64,000 bases of DNA. Source: Oikopleura dioica. Its lineage: Eukaryota; Animalia; Chordata. Position 1 is the first letter of the stretch, and the number at the start of each line of letters is the position of its first letter. Positions 36,151 to 47,141 of this stretch are shown here, in pieces. The position numbers and the translations under genes are program-made. The stretch lies in contig OU015569.1 of the NCBI GenBank assembly GCA_907165135.1, positions 558,001 through 622,000 on the forward strand. Reading direction: 5' to 3'. The notes beneath the pieces were generated by a model. It ran no database searches. It had not been told where the DNA came from and saw nothing but the letters and a program-made list of their open reading frames with translations.

Positions 36151-36728
36151 CTGGAATTAAAGCAAACTTAGGAAATTTTGAAAAGTAAAACTTAGGGTTA
36201 AATTTCGCTTTGAAAGCTGGGCTCGGCAACCTGCGTAAAAACCTGACTCAGGTTTTGGAAAAGAAAAATTGAAAAGCCGCGGAGGAATTAGCGTCACAAA
36301 CCCTGACTCAGTTTTTTACACAGGTTTTAGTTTTGCTCTTTTTTAATTGAAAATAAAAACAGAAAATTTATCTATCTTCATATTCATCTATTTCTCTCTA
36401 AAATCTTTCTTCGGCGAAATCCAGAAAATGAACATTCACGGAAAAAAAGCGCGCTCTCTGATTGGCGGAGGCGACGGAACTCTCGCACTAGAGCGCGCAG
36501 TTTGAAAAAAATAAAAACTCCCTTACTTGGATTTCCGATCTCCAGTAGATGATTTTCTTCTTTTATGATAAAAATAAAGCAAAAGAAAACGAGCTTTGAA
36601 GAGTTTATTGGTTACAATCTTTAATTACAGGAAGAGTCTTTATTCGGCTTTTTCGCTGATTATGTCGCCACATAATCCAGTTCAAATTGTTGTCGTCGGA
36701 AATATATACGGACCGTATAATACGGTAT

Positions 36729-38446
36729 TTACACTACTGCATTGCTTGTCGTCAGTTTTCGCCAGGACAGATAACTAAAGAAGAAGAGTGTTAATTAAGG
36801 GGGTATCGTTGAAATCGGCATTTTTCAGAAGACTATTCTTACAAAGTTAACACTGTGACGCCCTTATTTAATTTGACCAAAATGAAGGTCACAAACTTCG
36901 TTGTTTTCTCTGTGGAATTAGCATAGTGATACCCTTAATTTATCCCGAGAAACTCAAGCTTTTAGTCGGCTCTTTTGAAGACCAAAGTTTCAGAAAAATT
37001 ATAGATTTTAAGTAAAGAAAATCATGAAAATTTCTATTTATGATGTGTACCCCCTTAATCAGCGTGATTTCTATTGAAAAATTACTTGAAAGTTTGCGCG
37101 AGCGCCGGCGGCGCCGTGAATTTGACGTTGTTCCTGAAGCCGAAGCGGTAGACGAGTACTGCACTCAAGACGATCAAACAGATGATGACGAGAGCAAGGC
37201 CAAAGCGCCGTCCAGCAGATGGCTTGGCGACGCCGACCAGCGCATATGGATCTGAAGAGGAGGAATAGCGTCGTCTTGGAAGAGCGTTTACTCGAGTTTC
37301 TTACCGTTTTCTGCGCGGAACTGGGCGGCGACGAACAAGCCGCCCATCGCCGTTTCGAACTTTAAAAAGCCGCCGGAAAGCTCGATCGAGCCTTCTCTCG
37401 AGTTGATGAAGCCCCAGCCTTCTACGAAAAAGTGCTCCACGTGTTCTGTCGACAGTTCTGGCGCGTGGTGCGAGAATTCTGAAAAATTAAAAAAAAAATA
37501 ATTGCTTGAAACTGATGAGTTTGGTGGTCTGGACTCGGAAGCCTGTTTAGATACCTGAGTCAGGGTCCTGGAAGAGCCTTAATTAAAAGCCGCGTAGCGG
37601 CTTTTTCAGAACCGAAGCCGCGGAGCGGCTTCGCCAGAATGTTAAAAATAGCTTGAGATAAAATAATGGTAGCCTAACCTTAGTCAGGGACCCTGACTCA
37701 GGGTTCTAATAAAGCCGACGAGCGGCTATTTTATACACGAAGCCGCAAAGCGGCTTCGCCAGAATTTTACCAAATAGATTAAAATTTTCATATCGTTTTT
37801 TTTTGACTCAGAATTTGCACCCTAAGTCAGGTTTTCTACTCAGGTTGTTAAGCCTAGATGATGACCTTGCGCTTACCTTGGCTGACGACGAACACGTGAT
37901 AAGTAAAGTTTCTCTTCAACTCGTGCTTGATCGGCAAAAGTACAGTAATCGGCCGATTGAAGTTTCTCTGCGGCTTGAGAAGATAATAGTCGGTCATGTA
38001 CTCCCCCACGGCTTCGGTTTCGTTGTGATAGTCCCACACTTTGCTGCTGTTTCCGGAAGTCGCTGTTCCCAGAGGATCGAAGTTTTTGTTGCGCGTGCTT
38101 TTTTGGAGAACGACTGGGGAAGTCATCGCTCTGAAGAGAAAGTCAAATGAAGAGTTCTTTTTGGCGAAATCTACCTTCTTATGAGACCGTTGTTGAAAGT
38201 AAAGCTCTGGGCCAAATAATCTTCGCCCGCGGCGTGTTCCAATTTCCCATTGAAAACCGAGCCAGATGGCAAAACCGCGAAAGAAAACGATTTCCTGTCG
38301 ATTACGTCTTTTTTCTCGACGATGACCTTGGCGCCGTTTTTGAGTTCCATTTCTCCGCCTTTTTCGTCGATCTCTTTGTGAACCGTCTCGTCTTTCAGGC
38401 CTCCCAGCGCCAGGCCCAAAATTGAAACAGTTATGAAAATCACCAT
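36729..38446 (-). CDS. Single-pass membrane protein with signal peptide and ZU5-like ectodomain
   Basis: MVIFITVSILGLALG signal; IDEKGGEMELKNGAKVIV; LLKPQRNFNRPITVLLP; GW...FLKFET; TM FGLALVIICLIVLSAVLVY; short tail ending ...SNAVV*. Confidence 0.6.
36799..37054. mobile_element. TTAA-flanked GGG...CCC element (Kolobok-like MITE)
   Basis: ttaa|gggggta...tacccc|ttaa, with an internal end at 36934; internal similarity to 38671-39056. Confidence 0.55.
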
Positions 38447-38670
38447 TTCGGAGCTAGATTAAATCTCTTTCCCGCGAAAAAAAAGAGCTAGAAGAGTATT
38501 TGGACGCATTCAAGAGCAAGCTCCTCCCGTAGGGCAAACCGGGTGCTCCGAATATTTCGCTGTCCGACTATTCCAGCTCTTATTTTCGAATATAAACAGC
38601 ATTTCAAGGATTAAAAAATTCAACATGAAAAATTTTCACTAAAAATAACTAGTAAATGGGAATTCTTTAA

Positions 38671-39056
38671 GGGGTTAGATACCAAGAATCGCCATTTTCT
38701 GTCAGACTTTTCTCCCAAAGTAAAAATATTAACACCCTTATTTTACTTTCGAAACAAAAACTTTAGACCTTTCTCTATTTCCTGTGGAAGCTGAAATTTC
38801 AAATTTCAAAAAAATTTTTAACAAAATTTTTTTGTCGAAGATCGCTTACTTTCCAAAAATGGTCATTTTGGAGACAATCGGAGGTGCCCGATTTGCATTG
38901 TATCAGCTCGAAAGCTCAAGAAATCTTAATTTTTGGCTCCCATAGGAAAGAGATAATTGCCTGGAATGAATTTTGAGCAGAAAAAATAAGGGGGTCACTA
39001 TGATAAAAATTTAAGAAAACACTGAGCAGGTAATCCGATTCTTGATATCTACTCCC
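38671..39056. mobile_element. Kolobok-like MITE, related to 36799 copy
   Basis: ttaa|ggggttagataccaagaatcg ... cgattcttgatatctactccc|gtaa terminal inverted repeat. Confidence 0.55.
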
Positions 39057-39711
39057 GTAAATGCAAAATTCTTGAATTGCGGATTATAATGCAATTATTG
39101 TCTGAGAGTGATTTTAAGAGCATTTGAGCGCAGATAGGTTTTTGGCGAGAAAGTGGCAGAGAAAGAGCGAAATCTGCTTAGCGCGGCTGGCTATATTGGA
39201 CTAGATTATGCAGCATAATGAAGAATAATAAAGTGCAATGCAGTAGATCCGAGAAGGGCAGCGAGTTATTAACAACGGACATTGGCGCATTGTCGAAATG
39301 TTAAAACGGGCTTTATTTTAAATTGGTATTTGCGTCATTTTAATTGCTTGATTCGTTCGTGCTTTTTCGGACATGTCCGGCAACAAAGGGGCCTTTGATT
39401 ATTCGAGTTAGGCCTTGGATAAGCCCAGCAAAGCTTAATAGACTCATTTGTTCGAGCCTAGTTTTGCTTGCTGCTAATCCAAGTTGATGAAGTTAAAAAT
39501 TAATTTATTATTTAATTGCCAGTCCTGCTCGTTCCCTGGAGAACAGAAAATAACCCGACAAATTTTGCCCTACTATTCTCGCTCCATAGAAATGAGATAA
39601 GACTCGAGCTGATTTAATTTGAGAGTTAGCTGCCTACTGTGCTCTCAAATTTGGCTCGCTACGGGGGAACCCTTTCAATTAGTAGTTCAATCTGACTGTA
39701 GCGGACGCCCC

Positions 39712-39925
39712 TGGGCTCGGAAACCTGTGTTGAAAACCTGAGTCAGGGCGTTGAAGTTGATGCCTTGACTCAGATTTTTACACAGGGTGCCGAACCCAAG
39801 GAAACCTGTTTGAAAACCTGAGTCAGGAAACCTTTTGAGATTCCTGACTCAGGAAACCTGTTTGAAAACCTGACTCAGGAAACCTGAGACAGGAAACCTG
39901 TTTGAGATTCCTGACTCAGGATTCT
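39712..39925. mobile_element. Cluster of CCTGASTCAGG-family MITE copies/fragments
   Basis: ctgggctcggaaacctgtgttgaaaacctgagtcagg...cagggtgccgaaccca followed by tandemly reiterated ggaaacctgtttgaaaacctgagtcagg units. Confidence 0.75.
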
Positions 39926-40427
39926 AGACAGCTTTCGCCTTGATCGATTTTTGAGTTTTCTGAAGACATAGAAGAGAATCTGCTCCAATCTCAAAAATAT
40001 TGGCATTGTTAAAAGGCGTTGCGGGATTGTATCCGCTGCATAATTAGCCCGTGCTCCTTCCATAACGGGTCGCTTGGGCCCTGGCAGTCCAGGGCGAGTG
40101 GCGCGGTGCGGCCTGGGCGCGGCGTTTCTGGTTTGGCGCCGATCGACCACAGCTCAAAGTCTTCGCCTTTCGCCCTTTTCGTCCTTTTCCTTCTCCACTA
40201 CTCGGGCTGGGCACGGCGCCACTACTCAACTTTTCTTTGCGCGCTTCGTTTTTCATTTTTTCGCGATTCCTTCTGCCTGAGCGAAGCCACTTTAGCCGCC
40301 AAGATTTCATTTTTTGAAGAAGATCGCTGTTCCCAAGAAGAGCCAGAGCACTTTTCGCCCCAGGCGAGTGAGAGAAATTCGGACAAGAAGAGAAAGCAAT
40401 CGCGCAAAAAGAGCAAGAAGGAAAGAA

Positions 40428-43282
40428 ATGAGGAAATGGAGGCGGAGAGTGAAGTCAACGAGGAGGAAACCGCTCAGTACGTCGAGAAAGAAACGCGGCT
40501 CTGCTCGATTAGTACCTCAGTAATCGCGCTAATATTACAGTAATGGGCGAGCCTTGAACAGCGCGAATAGCACGACTGGCGTACCTACAGGTCCTGGGCT
40601 CGCTAACTTGTGGAGATAACCTGAGTCAGGCTATTTTTTCTACGCGGCTTTTCCAAGACCCTGACTCAGGTATTCTTCATACCTTCCTGAGGCCAGTTTA
40701 GGTCAGAGAGCTCAAACACCTCGTCAACGATGTGAAACTGAAGAAGGCAACCTTTAAGGGGGTCTCACAGGTACTGATTAATTACTGATTTCCGCAGCGA
40801 GGGAAAAAGAAGAGTACAGTCGCTCATTTCGGGGGCCTAATTGCCCTTATTCCTTGCCGCCCTTATTCAGCCAAGAAAGGCTCAAAAACGAAAATAAACG
40901 AAATTGCACATTTGTCACTTGGTAAACTAACTTGCTCATTGATCGATTTCTGTTTCGCGATATTGGCGACTGGGAATGAAAGCGATGACGAAATTGAGCG
41001 ACTGTAAATTCTGCTCACTATTTTTTTAATAATGCACGCTTTCTGAAAATTGACGCGCTCAGTAGCTCGTACAGTAGCTCGATATTCCGTGATTTGCTCG
41101 CTTTAGGAAAAGTCGGAGGAGCAGTTGGCCAGTCCCGTCGAAAAGAACAATCGATGCAGTCTATCGTACAAGTGCCACGAAGTTCACGAGATCATCGAGC
41201 GCTTCATGGACCCCTCGCAGGATGATCCCCAGGTAGCTAGGCCGCCCAAGTCGCATAATATTCACTTAGCCAGCGCCTCAACGCGGCCTCTTCATACATT
41301 AGACTGGCATCATCCTACTAGCGCCTTATTTGCATTAGAAGCTATACATTACAGCACAGACCCGAGACAAGAGCCTTTTTTTCAAACTCAAACAGACTGA
41401 AAATTAGCTCAGGAATTTGTATACAAGCCTGAGTCAGGGTCCTGAAAGTGCTTGAATACAAAGCCGCGTGGCGGCTATTTTATAATCGAAGCCGCGAAGC
41501 GGCTTTGCCAGAAATAAGAAGACACATTTAGATTGTAGTTTTTGACTCAGACTTTTACCCTGACTCAGGTTTTTACACAGGGCATCAAATTTTCCATCTT
41601 ATGCTGTTTCGAAAATTCTGGCTTCGTTGTCAAAAAAACAGCCCTGTGTCACTTTTTGGAAGCTTTCAGGACCCTGACACAGGAATCTACACAGGTTCCA
41701 AAGCCGAGCTACTGTAACAACTTCTTTTCAGAACTATTTCGACTACGTGAATTCCGAAAAGTACGGAACAGACTGTTACATCTTCTCGAACAAAAGCAAT
41801 TTGATAATTGCCTGGAGAGGGACGGAAGCAACTGCAGAAGATGGTTTCTCGCTGCAGGACATCAAACAAGTAAAAAACCCGAAAACGCTCAGAGCAGAAA
41901 TTCAAATTTCCAGGACTTGAAGTTCAATCAGACGAAATTTCATTATTTGGACCAGCCGGTGCTCCTCGTTCATTCTGGCTTTCTTCAGCAATACGCAGCA
42001 GTAAGGGACAAAGGCAACGGGTTTTATAAAGAAAGGGGGTTCATACCCCAACGAAAAAAAACCTGAAAAAAGTGCACTCTTGCCTGGAAAAGCGGCTCTT
42101 TGGCGGTGGCGCGGTGCAAGAGGAAAAGAGCGGAAGTACTTTGACAATCAGCTGCGTGGGGCACTCGCTGGGCGGCGCGCTGGCGATTCTGACAAAGGGG
42201 TCGCCTATTAATATTAAAAATGTTTTGCTTGATTGCTCCATGTTCGAGTTGTAATTAGTGCCGAGGCTAATAACTCATCAGTCACTGACGCTGGGCAATC
42301 AAAGCAGGAACAAGCAAATCGCCGAATAGAGCAAATCGTAGAATAGAGCTTGCCCTGGCTTGACCCTTCGCAAGTGCACCCTCGATCTCCAGATGAACAA
42401 GCCGCTGCCCTACGTTGGCTACGACATCGAGGTAGAATGCACGACCTTCGGCGCGCCAAAAGTGGGCAACCGCGCGTTCGTCAACTGCTTCCGCGAGCAA
42501 GTGAAGAAGTGCACCCAGTGGGCCTTTAAAATGGACATCGTCCCGAACCTCCCTCCTTTCAGCAGATACAAGCACGTCGCCAAGCTCCGCTACTTGAAAA
42601 GACACAACAACACGCTCCTCCCGCAAGAGGTGCACCACTACTGTCACTACTTGGAAGCGACCAAGGACATTTCCAGGCGGCAGAAGTACTGTTCTGTAAA
42701 GGTAACAAAAAAATACAGTTTTTCTAGGAAGAAAACTTTGCATTAAGGGTGTCAACAACGATTTTGTCGAATCCTAAGACAGACCCTTATTTGATCATTG
42801 TTGACACCCTTAATCACCGAGCTGAACCTGCTTTGGAAACCTGTGTTGAAAAAATCCTGACTCAGGATTTTCACTTGAAGGATCTTTAATTAAAAGCCGG
42901 GGAGACCCTTATTTATAAAATTTAGGGCCTAAAACCGTCCCTGGCAATTTCTTTGGTAGGAACGACGATGGAAAATGACTCCACCGCCGAAAGTATTTCC
43001 GAAAAAAGGTTCTTTTTTCAAAACTCAAAATTCAATTAACCATTTTTTTCATCCAGAAAATCGTCGGACAGCGACTCCAGCAACGAAACAGACGGCTCCT
43101 CTGGAAACTTGACGAGAACGGGGACCGAGAAAAGCGAGAAAACGGCTTCTCCAACTTGCGAGACGCCAAAAGAGCAGAAGAAGAAGATGTCGCAGCGGAA
43201 GCAAAAGCCACCTGACAGGCGCGGCAGCGAAAAGAGGAAAGCTAAGTCCGACCCTAGAGGAAAAATCTGTGCAATATCTTGA
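40428..43282 (+). CDS. Class 3 (fungal-type) lipase; 5' end uncertain
   Basis: IIAWRGT, LVHSGFLQQY, CVGHSLGGALA (nucleophile elbow), TTFGAPKVGN, DIVPNLPP, H..Y across exons 41730-42701; final exon open to ...KICAIS* (43280-43282). Several junctions unresolved. Confidence 0.75.
42747..42809. mobile_element. 63-bp TTAA-flanked mini-MITE
   Basis: ttaa|gggtgtcaacaacgat...atcattgttgacaccc|ttaa. Confidence 0.7.
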
Positions 43283-44224
43283 GAAAAATAAACAAGCAAA
43301 ATAAATTTACTAAATACAGGTTTTTTGAAATCAAGGAAGAAAAAAGATTCTCGAAATCAATACACGGACGCGCGACTAAGCGCTCAAAACACGGGGTCGG
43401 GTGAGGGGACCACAATGCATTATTCAGCCCCGCGCGGCGCGCAAAATTCGGAGTGTGATAAAGAGCGCTCAAGACTTTTAGCTCTAACTTGCGTTTGCGG
43501 CAAGCAAAAAAGTTACAATACATATCGCTGGAAAGCTTGAACACTCAGCTATCAAGATTTACAATTACTTTTGAAAAATACTTTTTGGATTTTCAGCTGC
43601 AGAGTGAAAGATAAATCCGGTGCAAAACGCCTCCACTTTTGAGAAAACTTCCGAAATTTCACAAAATGGTTCGTTTTAGTCATCTAAGCTCACATTACAA
43701 AAATCAGGTCAAATGGATTATCACAAGAGAAATTACGGCGGCTCAAAGTCGCCGTGGTCGGTTCAACCGACCACGTGTATTGAGAAGTTAACGTTTTTTC
43801 GATCTCCAGTTTTCGGAGATCGAAGCTCTGAATTTTCTCGAGCATGGATTTTTCTCGATTAAATTCATATTTTGCAGGGACTTTGCAGGTCAGTATCTCA
43901 GAAAATAGTAATTTCTAATGCTAATCTTCAAGAAATTATCGCTCACCCGCCGAGCTGAGTCTTTGGAAATAGAAACCGAACCAATTTTAGAAGTATGTGA
44001 TTTCAAGTGTTGAAAAATTTTGAAAACCATCCTATTGAGAAAAATACTCGAGCAGAGATATTAAATAGTACATTTTTTATCCAAAATTACAATCCATGCA
44101 CTTGTTTTGACAAAAGATTTGAAATCTGCACTGCAGAATTAGTATTGACTGAGATTTTTAAGTTGATCCGGTCAGTCGCTTCTGATATCAGTAGGCAGGC
44201 ATAAGATTGTTATAACGTGACTCA

Positions 44225-44420
44225 TCCGACTTCGGGGATCGAAAATTTTTGGATCTTCAAGAAGTGGAGATCGAGAGTGGTGATCGATCACCACAATTTC
44301 GGGGTGGAGATCGCGCGGATCTCCACGCAATCGGAGATCCAAACAACCCGCGCTCCACTCATTGGTGATTCCTCTCGAGCGCCTCATTTCGGATCTCCAG
44401 CGATCACCCCCGATCCTAGA
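44225..44420. repeat. Palindromic element rich in gagatc/gatc subrepeats
   Basis: ggggatcg...ggagatc mirrored by gatctcc...cccgatcc. Confidence 0.5.
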
Positions 44421-44587
44421 CCTAGCTTTCCCATTTCTTCACTCGAAGCGAAAGAGCTCGATCATTTCAGTTTGAAAAAGAGAGAGAGATGGATTCTTCA
44501 TCAAACGGTTCTGAGTTTTCGGGGGAAGAGACGGAAAGCTACTCCGGTCCGTCGATAATAGAAGTGTTCAGTATCAAGGGTTACACA

Positions 44588-46664
44588 ATGGAGACCTTGG
44601 TTGAAGCTGTGATTGACGGACCGCTCGGCGAAGGCTGGGTAAGTAACAAATTGTGTACTCTTCGTTGATTTCCTTTTAGGGCGAGGACGATTTTTTGCTC
44701 CTTGCGGACATCATCACCGACGAAAAAGTCTTCTACGCGGAAGATTATGGGCCCGACGTTGTCATTGACATTATCAAACGATTCCTCAGAGAAAGACCTG
44801 ACGAAACCGAGTTCGAAGCAGTCTGGCTCTCCCGATTCATCAAACAGCTCATCTGGTAAAGCAGTTTTCCCTTCAACGCGTGTCATTTCTCTTTTTAGTG
44901 GCATCGAGAAATACGCAGAGTCGCAATCAGACGACGAGTATGTGAAGACGCAGCATCTTCTTGCACGAGTTTTCGATCTTTGGTACTTTGATAGAAGCGC
45001 CGAGATTCGTCGGGGACTATTCCGGGCGATGTGGGCTCTTTTCGACGATTTCTGTAAGTTTTTGCCTGAAACTTTCAACTAAAAAGCTACTTTCAAATTT
45101 TAGTCATCAAGAAAGAGCTGAAGCTGCCATCAAAGCACCTGGAGTTCATCAAACTAACGATGCTCATCAAACTAACATGGGGATATCCTATCCGATATAG
45201 CGACGAATACTCGCCAGAAAAATCGATGGCGAAGAAAATAGTCGACCTGATTCTTGGTCAAGAGCAACCAGCGCCTGTTCAAGTCGCTGGCTTCGAATTG
45301 TTTCAGATTCTGTGTGAGTAAAGCCTAGACTTGGCAACCTGTGTACAAAACCTGAGTCAGGTTAAATTCTTGCGGCTTTTAATTAGAGAAATTTCTGACC
45401 CTGACTCAGGTTTTCTACGCAGATTGCGAGCACCGATTACAAAGTATCTTCTGGAATTAAACTTCATTTCAGATGATGGAGCAAAGAATCGAGAAGAAAT
45501 CTTCGAGAACTTTGAGGAATTCGCAAAGCTTCTGGAGAAAGAATCTAGTCTTGTGGAACTTTGTCGAAGATTCCAAACGATCAGCGCTTTTGATCAGGTC
45601 GAAAAAGTGATGTACGGAAAGACGGAGTATCAAAAGGCGTATCTCTCCTTCCAAAGAAAATTTGCGCTGATGATGGTCATGGTCGAAGATTTCGAGGCCC
45701 AGTTCTTTCCCATCTTCAAGCACCAGACGGAGAGCGCAACGATCAAAATTAGTGAGAAATATGTAAGCTTGAATCTTGTCATTGTTTTTGATTAAAATCT
45801 GTTTCAAGGTCGTCGTCCATTTGGAGATGGAATATGACGAGCATGTGACGATATTCTTCAATAGAAACTCCAGCTTTCACGGAAAGAACATTGAAGACGT
45901 GCTCAAAAGAGAAGGGCCTTTTTCTTCACCGCAGAGGAAGGGGAAAGTTCCTCTTTCGAAGCTACAGCTGCCAGTCCAGCTCCCGCCAGCGCTAAGAAAG
46001 GTAACTGTCTCTACCATGCTTTAAGTTTGAACAAAAGTTATAGAGTTAAAATTTTCCGACTTGGAACGGCGCGATTCAGAATTGGCTCCACTCAGCAGAG
46101 GTCTCGAGGATTGCCAGTTGAAATTGAAGCGGACGCGGGCGACTGAGGAAAAGTACGCTTCAATATTTTAACTTGCTTTTTTCTAATAACTCTTTTTCAG
46201 TTCCTCAAGTAAAGTTTCCGGGGAAATGAGAGGTTCAAGAGGCTCGACTCCGGATTTGCCAGTCGAGAGCAGCAGCAGCCCAGCCGACTTGAACTTGGCG
46301 CCTCCTCCCAAAATGTCAAAGCCGGCAAAGACTCGTCCAAGCTCCAACCTGCTGCCGGATGTTATGGCGAAGTTGAGAGAGGTAGGATTGACGGAATTCA
46401 TTCAACTGAAATGATTTCTTTCTTTAGAAATTTGCGAGTATTTCTCAACTCATGCCGCGGGTGGAAGAAAGCATCGAAGAAATCCAGGCCGTCAAGAAGC
46501 AATTCGACGAGCACTTAGAGGCTCGGGAAGATCTGCGCCGAAACGTGGAAAAGGTTATGAAGGACTCCGAGGAACTTGCCGAAGAGGGCGAGCGTATGAA
46601 TGCGTTGGCGGTGATGTTGAAGGAGTACGCGGAGAAGCTCATCGCGGACATGAACCGCAAATAG
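44588..46664 (+). CDS. Multi-exon protein: helical N-domain, beta-rich middle, linker, C-terminal coiled coil (candidate SYCP2-like)
   Basis: Exons joined by short GT-AG introns from METLVEAVID to ...LIADMNRK*. The family call rests on weak motif resemblance only. Confidence 0.6.
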
Positions 46665-47141
46665 TAAAACTATAGCGAGCCCGTTTTCACTGCCCATCTA
46701 TTATCACCTGCCTCGCTTGCTGTAATAAACAGAATATTTTTACCCACAAAAAGAAGGTACTGCTAAAATCGGAGCATTATTTTCCATTTTTTAAACAGAA
46801 ATCAAGGAAGACAAAAATTCTAAAGCAAAGATTCTCCATTTCGAATAAAAACGCATTGAGCCGCAGGCTTAGAATAAATTATTAACTGTAATCCGCGATG
46901 AGCGTTCCTAATCAGCGCTGGCCAATTTAGACGACTTGAGCATTATCATTCCAAATCGCCAGTTACCGTATGTGGCCGACGACTCCAATAAAAAGATGCA
47001 TAATTGAATCCGTCCTTCTGCCATCAGATATTCATTTCGAAGCTCGATTCTTCTTCTTGGAGCTCCTTGTTTTTTAAATTTAGATTTCGATCAAGTAGAT
47101 TTCAATTATTGAATTCCGAAATAACTTGGAACGGTGGAATT

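Noticed and set aside
37512-37545. CTGATGA followed by a stem, resembling a hammerhead ribozyme core
   Set aside because: No GAAA directly after stem II and no stems I/III; the downstream part is a MITE arm.
43600-44000. Possible small plus-strand exons between the lipase and the SYCP2-like gene
   Set aside because: Splice-like signals are present, but I could not build a consistent frame or recognise a product.
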